Notes under the pieces: model-generated | Database searches by the model: none | Told to the model about the DNA's origin: nothing | Seen by the model: the letters and a program-made list of their open reading frames with translations, nothing else | Shown: piece by piece, positions 49,128-57,495 of the stretch | Layout of the letters: each line of letters opens with the position of its first letter | How positions within the stretch are numbered: the first letter of the stretch is position 1 | Translations under genes and position numbers: made by a program | Assembly (NCBI GenBank): GCA_965199495.1 | Contig: CBDASK010000003.1 | Location: 3,008,001-3,072,000, forward strand | DNA: 64,000 nucleotides | DNA from: Abditibacterium sp. | GTDB lineage: Bacteria; Armatimonadota; Abditibacteriia; Abditibacteriales; Abditibacteriaceae | Direction: 5' to 3'

Positions 49128-49502
49128 CTATGCGGCCTTGCGTGCGCCACGACCCTTTTCTTTGATGCGGATGGCTTTCGAGCCGACGCGGTCGCGCAGA
49201 TAATACAGCTTGGCGCGACGGACTTTGCCTTTGCGGCGCACTTCGATGGAATCAACGCGCGGCGAATGCACGGGAAACGTGCGCTCGACGCCGACGCCCG
49301 ACGCGATGCGGCGCACGGTGAAAGTCGCGTTGGTGCCGCCACCGTCGCGCGCGATGCAGGTGCCCTCGAACGCCTGAATGCGCTCGCGCGTGCCTTCGAC
49401 AACTTTCACGTTGACGCGCAGAGTGTCGCCCGGCCAAAAGCCGGGGACTTCGCTTTTCAAATGTCTCGCTTCAACCGAGCGAACCAAATCTTGTTTGTTC
49501 AT
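49128..49502 (-). CDS. rplS: 50S ribosomal protein L19
   Basis: PGDTLRV...RERIQAFEG...FTVRR...GVERTFP..SP...[12 protein letters not shown]. Confidence 0.97.
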   Translation of the reverse strand: MNKQDLVRSVEARHLKSEVPGFWPGDTLRVNVKVVEGTRERIQAFEGTCIARDGGGTNATFTVRRIASGVGVERTFPVHSPRVDSIEVRRKGKVRRAKLYYLRDRVGSKAIRIKEKGRGARKAA

Positions 49503-49522
49503 ATTCGTAATATCTTCCTCTT

Positions 49523-50311
49523 TTATTCCGGCGATTCGCTCGCCTGATCTCGCTCCCAAACCTCTTTCATTTCCTGACAAATTTTCGTCTGTCCCGCCGT
49601 CAACGCGCCATTTTGCAACGCCGCGTCAATCAAATCGGGCCGCCGTTCCAGCGTGCGCTGCACGCCCTGCCGAAACCGCCACTCCTCGATCTTCGCGTGA
49701 TGACCACTCATCAAAATCTCCGGCACATCGTGGCCGCGCCACTGCGCCGGACGCGTGTAATGCGGCGTTTCGAGCAAACCGTTGGCAAACGAATCGCCCG
49801 GCGCCGAATTTTCGTTGCCCAAAACTTCGGGCACGAACCGAGCGACAGCTTCGATGAGAATCGCCGCCGCGCCTTCGCCGCCAGTCAACACAAAGTCGCC
49901 CAGCGAGATTTCGTTGGTCACGCAACTTTGGATCGCGCGTTCGTCCACGCCTTCGTAATGTCCGCACAGCAGCGCGAGGCGCGGCAGAACGGCGAGTTCG
50001 TTGACAATATTTTGATTCAAGGTGCGACCCTGCGGCGATAAATAAATTATCGGGCAAGGCGGAGCGGAGACGCCAACATCAAAATTTAACACACTTTCCA
50101 GTGCGCTTGCCACTGGCTCGGCTTTCATCACCATGCCAGCGCCACCGCCAAACGGATAATCGTCGGTTACCCGATGCTTATCCGTTGCCCAATTGCGAAT
50201 GTCATGCAGCCCAACTTCAATCGCGCCTTTCTCGATGGCGCGCGCCAAAATCGAAGTCGAAAGCGGCCCCTCGAAGTAAGCGGGAAACAGCGTGAAAACG
50301 TCAAAACGCAT
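49523..50311 (-). CDS. trmD: tRNA (guanine-N1)-methyltransferase
   Basis: [48 protein letters not shown]. Confidence 0.97.
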   Translation of the reverse strand: MRFDVFTLFPAYFEGPLSTSILARAIEKGAIEVGLHDIRNWATDKHRVTDDYPFGGGAGMVMKAEPVASALESVLNFDVGVSAPPCPIIYLSPQGRTLNQNIVNELAVLPRLALLCGHYEGVDERAIQSCVTNEISLGDFVLTGGEGAAAILIEAVARFVPEVLGNENSAPGDSFANGLLETPHYTRPAQWRGHDVPEILMSGHHAKIEEWRFRQGVQRTLERRPDLIDAALQNGALTAGQTKICQEMKEVWERDQASESPE

Positions 50312-50316
50312 GAACT

Positions 50317-50826
50317 TTAACTACGAAGACCCGGATCGTCGCGCACGATGACGGCTTGTTTTTCGCCGTCAATGCGCACGATCCATTCGGGCACATCGGG
50401 CACCATCGCTTGCGCCGTCACGTAAGTGTCGTGCGAAGGCGATTCCATGATTTCCTCGATGGCGCCCAAATCCTCGCCGTTTTCCGTCACGATGTGCATG
50501 CCGATGATCTGATCCGGGTAAAACTCGCCCGGCCCCAGTTCGGGACGCATCGAGACGTGAACATAAACTTCGCCCCGCACCAGCGCCTCGGCCTCTTCGA
50601 CGGTGCGCAAATCGCAATCGCAAATCCACAAGCCGTTTTTGCTTTCGGATTCGCGAATTTTCAGCAGACGGCGCGGCCCTTCGACGGGCGAGACGGCCAA
50701 CGTGGCTCCTGCGGCGAAGCGGCCTTCGACTTCCGAAAACGGCTGAATGCGCAGTTTGGCGTGATCCCAGCGGCCCTTGACGCGGCCCACTAAAACGTCC
50801 CAACTGTCTAAATCGGTTTGGCTCAT
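50317..50826 (-). CDS. rimM: Ribosome maturation factor RimM (divergent)
   Basis: Lies between khpA and trmD; EEAEAL.RGEVYV...L..GEFY..QIIG...GE.LG.I.EI. Confidence 0.88.
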   Translation of the reverse strand: MSQTDLDSWDVLVGRVKGRWDHAKLRIQPFSEVEGRFAAGATLAVSPVEGPRRLLKIRESESKNGLWICDCDLRTVEEAEALVRGEVYVHVSMRPELGPGEFYPDQIIGMHIVTENGEDLGAIEEIMESPSHDTYVTAQAMVPDVPEWIVRIDGEKQAVIVRDDPGLRS

Positions 50827-50904
50827 GTAATTTGTGATGAAAATTTCCCCACGCAAAACAAAGGGCGAACTTGGGAGTTCGCCCCGCTTTGCGCCGACAG
50901 ATTC

Positions 50905-51234
50905 TCAATCGTCTTCGGTTAGAACCTCGACGGTGACGTGCGTGCCAACTTTAGTCGCCGCCGCTTTGGCCAAATTGCGGAGCGCCCCCGCGACGCGCCC
51001 TTCGCGTCCGATGACGCGACCGGTATCGTCGGGATGCACGCGCACGCCATAGACGAGGCCCGCGCTATCGGTGAACTCCTCGACTTCGACATCTTCGGGA
51101 TGCTCGACGATGCCCTGCACCAGAAAACCGACCAACTCAATCACGCGCGATTCTTCATCGGAAGATGAAATATCGCGCGTCATTGAATTATCGGTTTCGG
51201 GCAATTGCTGCGCGGAAGTTTCGAGGGCGTCCAT
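50905..51234 (-). CDS. khpA: KH-domain RNA-binding protein KhpA
   Basis: LV..LV..IVEHPEDV...VHPDDTGRVIGREG; follows rpsP. Confidence 0.9.
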   Translation of the reverse strand: MDALETSAQQLPETDNSMTRDISSSDEESRVIELVGFLVQGIVEHPEDVEVEEFTDSAGLVYGVRVHPDDTGRVIGREGRVAGALRNLAKAAATKVGTHVTVEVLTEDD

Positions 51235-51256
51235 GACAGAGAAGGGCAGCTAAAAT

Positions 51257-51805
51257 TTACGCGGATGCGTCGGCGGGCGCCGGTGCGGGTTCGGCGGATT
51301 CAACGTTGGGCATGACCTGTTCGGCGTCGGGCGCGGCGGGCGTCGCGACGGGCGAATCGGGGTTGGGCATCTCGTGTTCCGGGTTGGGCGCCGGATCGGC
51401 GATAACTTCGCCGACGGGCGCGTCATCCGCAGCCACGGGCGCTTCGGCAACAGGCGCTTCCACGGCGGGCGCTTCGGCCACGACTTCAGCGGCGGGCGCT
51501 TTTTTGGGCGCGACGGCTTTGGGTTCCGGGGCGGGCGTGCCTTCGGGCGTGATTTTGTTGTTGCTGTCCAAAATGCCTTTCTGGCGCAAAAGGCCAGCGG
51601 CGGTGTCGGACGGCTGAGCGCCTTTGCCCAACCATTCGCGGGCTTTGGCCTCGTTGATTTCAACAACGTGCGGTTGACGGGTGGGCAGATAGTGACCGAT
51701 CGTTTCGATGAAGGCGCCATCGCGCGGAGCGCGTTGGTCGGCGACAACGAGACGATAAGTCGGATTATTTTTCGCGCCGGTGCGGCGCAGACGAATGCGA
51801 ACCAT
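51257..51805 (-). CDS. rpsP: 30S ribosomal protein S16 with a Pro/Ala/Glu-rich tail
   Basis: [35 protein letters not shown]...[11 protein letters not shown]. Confidence 0.97.
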   Translation of the reverse strand: MVRIRLRRTGAKNNPTYRLVVADQRAPRDGAFIETIGHYLPTRQPHVVEINEAKAREWLGKGAQPSDTAAGLLRQKGILDSNNKITPEGTPAPEPKAVAPKKAPAAEVVAEAPAVEAPVAEAPVAADDAPVGEVIADPAPNPEHEMPNPDSPVATPAAPDAEQVMPNVESAEPAPAPADASA

Positions 51806-51959
51806 GAAAGTTTGTGTGACTCCTAAGTCTTCTTACTCTGAACTCTTTCCGATAAACGGCGCAACGCCCATTGCGTTTCGTGCCATTTGACCTTGATTTT
51901 GTGTAACGACGGAAAATGTTGCCTTTATATTTTGCCGCAAAGCGCGCCGCATTGCAACT

Positions 51960-52122
51960 GTTTCGGATTTCGGATAACGGATTTCAGATGTCAGATAACG
52001 CGTTTGTGCGCCGAACCACGATGCAATCGCGCGCCGGAAAAAGACAAACGCGGCCACGAAAATGGCCGCGTTTGCTTTGGAATATCCGAAATCTGAAAAC
52101 CGGCATCCGATGATCCGAAATT
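51960..52122. repeat. Inverted heptamer-like repeat (same family as 26716)
   Basis: TTTCGGATTTCGGATAACGGATTTCAGAT ... ATCCGAAATCTGAAAACCGGCATCCGATGATCCGAAAT. Confidence 0.6.
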
Positions 52123-53375
52123 TAAAACGACGCCTGAAAAGCGGTGCGCAGTTCGGTGCCTTTGTTCTGGCCGCTCGCGCCCGAATCGCCGTTGTGGTCA
52201 ATCAAGTTGACCTGCACTTTGGCCTCGTTGCCCTTGAGGAAATAGTTCAATCCCAGCGTGTAATCCTGGAGCGTCGTGTTGCCTTTGCTGCGGTCGGTAT
52301 CGAAATTATCGTAGCGGAACAGACCCTGCAATTTGGGCGTGAACATATAACCGACAGCGGCATAATAACCTTCGATGTCGCGGCCCGCCGCCGTGACGCC
52401 GGGCGTCCCGCCGCTGGCTGGCGTCAGCGTAATCGGCACCGCGTCGCCGCGCAGATATTCGCTGGCCGCGTAGATTTTGTTCTTATTATAGGCCGCGAAC
52501 AGGTTGAACAAAGTGCGGTCGGCGCGGCGCGTTTGCGAGACGGCGCCCGACGTGGCTGTGACGCCCGTATTACCCGCGCCACCCGAAACGCCAAATGTCA
52601 GGTTTTTTACGCCGTTATAGGCCAAATGGGCCAAAATCGCCTTGTTATCGGACAATGCCAGCGCATTCTGGCGGTCGCCGATGCCGTTGAAAACGCCGAC
52701 TTTCAAATCGAAATCGTCGAACGTTGAGTTCAACTGCACGCCGGTATCGCGCACATCGCCATAACCGCCGTCGAACGGATCGCGCGAGGTAAAAATCAGC
52801 GGGCGCTCGACAAATGGCAACGCGGCGGAAGAAACCAGACTCTCGTAGCCGACCGGAATTTTGAACTGGCCGACATCCACCGAATTGCTGTTGGTTTTGG
52901 TTTTGTTGAGCTGATAGGACAGCACGATTTCCTGTAAGATATTGTTGCGCGCGCGGCTGGACGTGGTGTCTTTGGCCGGATCGAACATCACCGTCGCCGA
53001 GACTTTGTCGGTGATCTGCGGCGCGGTAATGCGCAGTTCGCCACGACGCAAGCGAAAGGTATCGGCGCGGCGCGAATTGCTGGTGCCGCCCTGATTCAAA
53101 TAATCGAGCGTTTGCACCTGTAATAAACCCGAAATTTTGATCGGCGTTTTTGTCGAGACGACCGGTTTGGCGTTTTTGATGGTTTTGTCGGTCTCTTTTT
53201 GCGCGGCATCAAGCGCATCAAGGCGCTTTTGCAAATCGGCGATTTGCTGGCGCAACGCGTCCATATCGGATTGTTGCGCTTGCGCCTGAGCGGGCGCACC
53301 ATAAAACGCGGCGCTGGCTCCGACGAGAGCAGCCACGGCCAGGACGCGGCGAGCAGAATGTGTTGAGAAATTCAT
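52122..53375 (-). CDS. Outer-membrane porin, OprO/OprP phosphate-selective-like
   Basis: Signal peptide, N-terminal coiled coil, FRLRR, GQFK.P.G.E, FVERP, RDTGV, C-terminal F. Confidence 0.8.
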   Translation of the reverse strand: MNFSTHSARRVLAVAALVGASAAFYGAPAQAQAQQSDMDALRQQIADLQKRLDALDAAQKETDKTIKNAKPVVSTKTPIKISGLLQVQTLDYLNQGGTSNSRRADTFRLRRGELRITAPQITDKVSATVMFDPAKDTTSSRARNNILQEIVLSYQLNKTKTNSNSVDVGQFKIPVGYESLVSSAALPFVERPLIFTSRDPFDGGYGDVRDTGVQLNSTFDDFDLKVGVFNGIGDRQNALALSDNKAILAHLAYNGVKNLTFGVSGGAGNTGVTATSGAVSQTRRADRTLFNLFAAYNKNKIYAASEYLRGDAVPITLTPASGGTPGVTAAGRDIEGYYAAVGYMFTPKLQGLFRYDNFDTDRSKGNTTLQDYTLGLNYFLKGNEAKVQVNLIDHNGDSGASGQNKGTELRTAFQASF

Positions 53376-53482
53376 GGAAGTTGGTGAAAATCGCCCGCGC
53401 GTTTCATGCGTAACGCTCCCATCTTTCAGGTCGAGCGCAGCTGTTACGTCAGGGGAATCGCCCTAATCTCAACCAAAGCGAC

Positions 53483-53520
53483 TTAACTTTCTTTTAAAAA
53501 AAGATTAAGCCCATGTTAAA
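53483..53520. promoter_or_regulatory. Pho-box-like array: four TTAA repeats at 11-bp spacing
   Basis: TTAA at 53483, 53494, 53505 and 53516, between the divergent porin and regulator genes. Confidence 0.7.
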
Positions 53521-53682
53521 TTGAATCTTTTGAAGCGCTGGCAACAACGCGCCGTGTTCCTGCTGTGGATCGTTGCGATAATCGGGCGCGGCCTGATTTC
53601 AGAGAAAAAATTCGATTTTAAACTGCTCTTAATAACTGCGTGCGCGCTCTGCCTTACACTTCGCCTCGAACAATTCCGCACT

Positions 53683-54393
53683 ATGAGCGCCACAATTTTA
53701 GTCGTTGACGACGAGCGCATGCTCGCCGAAACCATTTCGTTCAATCTCGAAAAAGAGGGATTCACGGTCATAACCGCGCACGATGGCGAAGCCGCGCTCG
53801 CGCAGTCGCAGGCGCACACGCCCGATTTAGTCGTACTCGATTTGATGTTGCCCAAAATATCCGGTTGGGAAGTCTGCCGCGCGCTCCGTCAAAGCGCCGA
53901 ATACAAGCTCGATTCGCCGATTTTGATGCTGACCGCGCGCGGCGAAGAGGCCGACAAAGTGTTGGGTTTGGAACTGGGCGCCGACGATTATCTGGTCAAA
54001 CCGTTCGGCATGCGCGAACTCGTCGCGCGCGTGCGCGCTTTGCTGCGCCGCTCGATCAAAGCGCCCGAATTGGGCGGCGAGATTTTGCGCGCCTCGCGCG
54101 TCGAAATGGACACTGCGCGCCACGAAGTGCGCGTCACCGACAAAAACGGCGGCGTGCGCGAGATTAATCTGTCGCTCAAAGAGTTCGAGTTACTGCGCGT
54201 TTTGCTGGGCAAGGCGGGCCACGCCGTGCCGCGCGAGATGCTGCTCGAACGCGTGTGGGGCGACGATTTTACCGGCGACGAACGCACGCTCGACGTTCAT
54301 GTGCGCTGGCTGCGCGAAAAGTTGGAAGAACACCCGTCGCAACCGGAGTTTCTGCTGACGGTGCGCGGCGTGGGCTATAAATTTAAAGCGTGA
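53683..54393 (+). CDS. OmpR/PhoB-family response regulator
   Basis: ILVVDDE, LDLMLP, LTARGEE.DKV.GLELGADDY..KPF, RTLDVHVRWLREK, TVRGVGY. Confidence 0.94.
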   Translation: MSATILVVDDERMLAETISFNLEKEGFTVITAHDGEAALAQSQAHTPDLVVLDLMLPKISGWEVCRALRQSAEYKLDSPILMLTARGEEADKVLGLELGADDYLVKPFGMRELVARVRALLRRSIKAPELGGEILRASRVEMDTARHEVRVTDKNGGVREINLSLKEFELLRVLLGKAGHAVPREMLLERVWGDDFTGDERTLDVHVRWLREKLEEHPSQPEFLLTVRGVGYKFKA

Positions 54394-54465
54394 GTTACAG
54401 CACCTTGACTTTCTAATCCGACATTGGGGCAAGCTAATGTTTAGCGGGGCTGACGCCCAAGGCAA

Positions 54466-54628
54466 ACGCACACCAAATTGAGCGTGAAACGTAGGGTCAC
54501 CGGCTTGCCGTGACCGCAAACGTCACGGCTTCAGGTCGATCAAGCTCTTGTCAGGCAACAAATTCAATTGACGTTTGCGGTCACGGCAAGCCGGTGACCC
54601 TACATTTCACGCTCAATTTGGTGTGCGT
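54466..54628. repeat. About 60-bp inverted repeat enclosing a GTAG-type REP pair (family D)
   Basis: GTAGGGTCACCGGCTTGCCGTGACCGC ... GCGGTCACGGCAAGCCGGTGACCCTAC. Confidence 0.82.
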
Positions 54629-54666
54629 CAGCCCTGCTACTTCAATCCGATTATTACAGACGAAGA

Positions 54667-56046
54667 TCATTTCGCCGCCACGGGCAAGTTATCTTTCACG
54701 ACCGAACTCAAGAAATACGGCGATTTGGTCAGCGAGCGATAAACGTCCAATTCCTGCTGCTTATAGGGGCTGACCTGATCGCGAGCCACGCCGCCGCCGA
54801 TGCGATAATCGGCCCATTCGTTCTCGAACCACACGAATTTGCCGTCGGGCCGTTGCGCTGGGACGAATTCGCGTTTGGCGATTTGAAACCAAACCACAGC
54901 TTTGATCATCGGAAACGTCGTGTCAATCGGATCTAAAAACTTCATCGCCGGATAACTCGATGTGCCGTAAACCGCCGGGAGCCAGCCGTATTCGTTGGAG
55001 TTCCAGTAGCCGACGCGCCAATCGCGCGACATTTGCGCGCGCTGCGCCAAAGTCAAATCGGTGCGAAACGAGAGTGTTGCGCTCGTTTCGCAAATCATAA
55101 TCGGCTTGCGTTTCCACTGGCCGTACAATTGGTAAAAATCAACGCTTTCGTTTTTCGGCGTTTTGGTGTCGTCGGCCATGTCGTGCGTCAGGTTATAAGC
55201 GAACTGGCCGCCCCACAAATGGGCGCCCGGTTGCGGCATCGTCCAGCCGCGCTCGTAAACGTCCAGGCCGACCCAATCCACTACGTCGTCGCCCGGATAA
55301 AAAGGCCGAAAAACATCGCGTTTGTCGCCGCCCAAAAGTCCCGAATTGGGACACCAGATCAAAGCCGCGTTGGGCGCGTATTGCCGAAACATCAGCGCGA
55401 CGTTGCGATACATCTGAACGTAATCGGCGGCGGTAAAACCGGTTTCTTCGCCCGGATCGCGGCGCATATTTTTGTTGAGATCGTTCCACTCGCTCCACGG
55501 ATACCACGAACCGTTCATCTCGTGAGCGAACCGGATGAAAACCGGTTTGCCCCAATTGCCCGCGCCCTGCGCGAACGCCTTGGTCGCTTCGTAACTGCGG
55601 CTGCCCGGCTTCCAATCCAAAAACGATTTGGGCGCGAACGGCTCCATCGTGATAATCGGCGTCGCGCCAACTTTAGCCGTCGCATCGGCGAAAGTCGCCG
55701 CCGAAATCCAGCCGTTGGCGTCTTTGTCCCACGTCCCGAACTCGCCTTCGAGATTGGGAAACTGCACGAAGTGCATGAAAAGCGCCTGCTTGCGGCCCGC
55801 CGCATCGAAATCGCTCATCGCGCCCGCCAGCGAAGTCGTCGCATCGCCGCTCGTCTCGGACGTATCGAGTGCCGCGCCCAGATAAACACCTGATTTCGGT
55901 TCATACATCGCCGGTTTGACTGGGCCAACTGGTTTATCGGCGGCAAACGGATCGAGCTTAATCGGCGGCGTGGCTGCCTTGGAGGCGCAGGCGCTCAGCA
56001 GACTGGTTAAGGCGAGCGCGGCGCACAAAAGCGGATGTTGTTTCAT
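54667..56046 (-). CDS. Glycoside hydrolase family 26 lipoprotein
   Basis: Lipobox LSAC; IRFAHEMNGSWYPW, FYPGDDVVDWVGLDVY, KPIMICET. Confidence 0.88.
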   Translation of the reverse strand: MKQHPLLCAALALTSLLSACASKAATPPIKLDPFAADKPVGPVKPAMYEPKSGVYLGAALDTSETSGDATTSLAGAMSDFDAAGRKQALFMHFVQFPNLEGEFGTWDKDANGWISAATFADATAKVGATPIITMEPFAPKSFLDWKPGSRSYEATKAFAQGAGNWGKPVFIRFAHEMNGSWYPWSEWNDLNKNMRRDPGEETGFTAADYVQMYRNVALMFRQYAPNAALIWCPNSGLLGGDKRDVFRPFYPGDDVVDWVGLDVYERGWTMPQPGAHLWGGQFAYNLTHDMADDTKTPKNESVDFYQLYGQWKRKPIMICETSATLSFRTDLTLAQRAQMSRDWRVGYWNSNEYGWLPAVYGTSSYPAMKFLDPIDTTFPMIKAVVWFQIAKREFVPAQRPDGKFVWFENEWADYRIGGGVARDQVSPYKQQELDVYRSLTKSPYFLSSVVKDNLPVAAK

Positions 56047-56175
56047 AAATTGGGCGGCGCGAATTAGCGGGCGAAAAAAGCGCGACATAAGCGAATCGGC
56101 GGGTAAGACGTTCTGTGCTGCGTCGGGTTACGAACGCTTTTGGCCACGCTCGATAGAAATGGCAATACTTCGCTC

Positions 56176-57177
56176 ATGTCAAACGAAACGTTGGAATTGA
56201 GCGAACACGAGTTATATTTTCTGCCACCCGGCACACCAGCCACGGCGCCCGCCACGCGCGTCGAAGTCGAAGTTAACGGCGAAATGCGCGTGTTTTTGGC
56301 GCGCTTGGAATGGCAGTATCAAGATATAGAAGACAGCAGTTTCTATTTTGTATTCTATAGAGACCGAGACATTGACGCTGAAAATTCGGTGATTTTAGGC
56401 AAAGGTTTTTATATTACTGCCGAAGAGTCTTTTGTATCGGAGCAAAAAAAGGCTGCGCGAATTCAACAATGTGTTGCTATGAGGCACTTCGAGCGTTTTT
56501 GGTGTGCGCCCAACGCTCAATTTGGGATACGCTTTCTTTTATCTGGAAAAGTAACGGTTATGTGGCGCGAGTCAGGGGGAATGTATGCGGAAGAAACTTT
56601 CATTGGACTCCACTGGGAAAAAGCCGTATTAAGAAGTTGGTCTCAATACGAATTTATTGAATTTTGCAAGCAGCTTTATGCTGACCAACAATCACAATTA
56701 CACTTCGTTCTGCACTGGCACAATATGCTTCCAGAAGAAAGAGACGAGATTGCTTTTGCATGCGAAAATAGCAATTGGGAAAATTTACGAAATCTATTTT
56801 CTTGCGCTTTGAAATTGATAACTTACCGAAGTGGTTTTTTTCCTCCTTCCTCTAAGTCATCTTCTTATTAGAGTTTCACGCGTGATTACGTTAGCACGTC
56901 CAGAACACTAAACCCACATAAATCCCTTTTGTGGGCCGACTTTTGGCGTAGCACTCTTTGTAATATCGTGCGTCCTTCATTTTGGAGAGATGAACCGTAT
57001 TGCATTTATTTATGGCGTATTCGCGCACCTCAACGCGAAAAACGTCTCTATGTAACTTGCACAATGCCAACCCATCACGAAGTTCTCGAAGCGCAACTTC
57101 AACTGCGCGAATTTCTGCGTCCGCATTTGTCCGACGACGAAATCGAGGCGTTGATGCGGCCCGAACCAATGGCATGA
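56176..57177 (+). pseudogene. Hypothetical gene interrupted by one in-frame TAG (56869-56871)
   Basis: ORFs 56140-56871 and 56929-57177 share a frame, with no other stop between them; the middle is AT-rich. Confidence 0.6.
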
Positions 57178-57254
57178 CAGTTTTATCGATAGAAGTTACG
57201 CAGTTGGCTGATGAACTCTCTGCTTTTCACGCTCAAATCAGCCTCATCATTGCG

Positions 57255-57364
57255 TTTCTGCAAGTGTCATGTGAGTGGGGCTTGCGCCTCCTTCCAATCA
57301 AGAATTCGCCTTCACACCCGATTGGAAGGAGGCGCAAGCCCCGCTCACATGACACTTGCAGAAA
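57255..57364. repeat. Palindrome family C
   Basis: GGGGCTTGCGCCTCCTTCCAATC ... GATTGGAAGGAGGCGCAAGCCCC with extended arms. Confidence 0.82.
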
Positions 57365-57495
57365 CCTAAAATTCGCTCATTGCCGCCCTTTTCAAGCCGT
57401 AAGCGTGTTCCGTCCTCAGAATGACAGACAAAGCCAATTGCGTGACGATTTTATCGAATCAAATATAATTTCCGTTGTATTTTTAACTCCGATTC

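Noticed and set aside
56869..56871. Pyrrolysine or recoded TAG
   Set aside because: No pyl genes are in the window, and TAG ends several ordinary genes here
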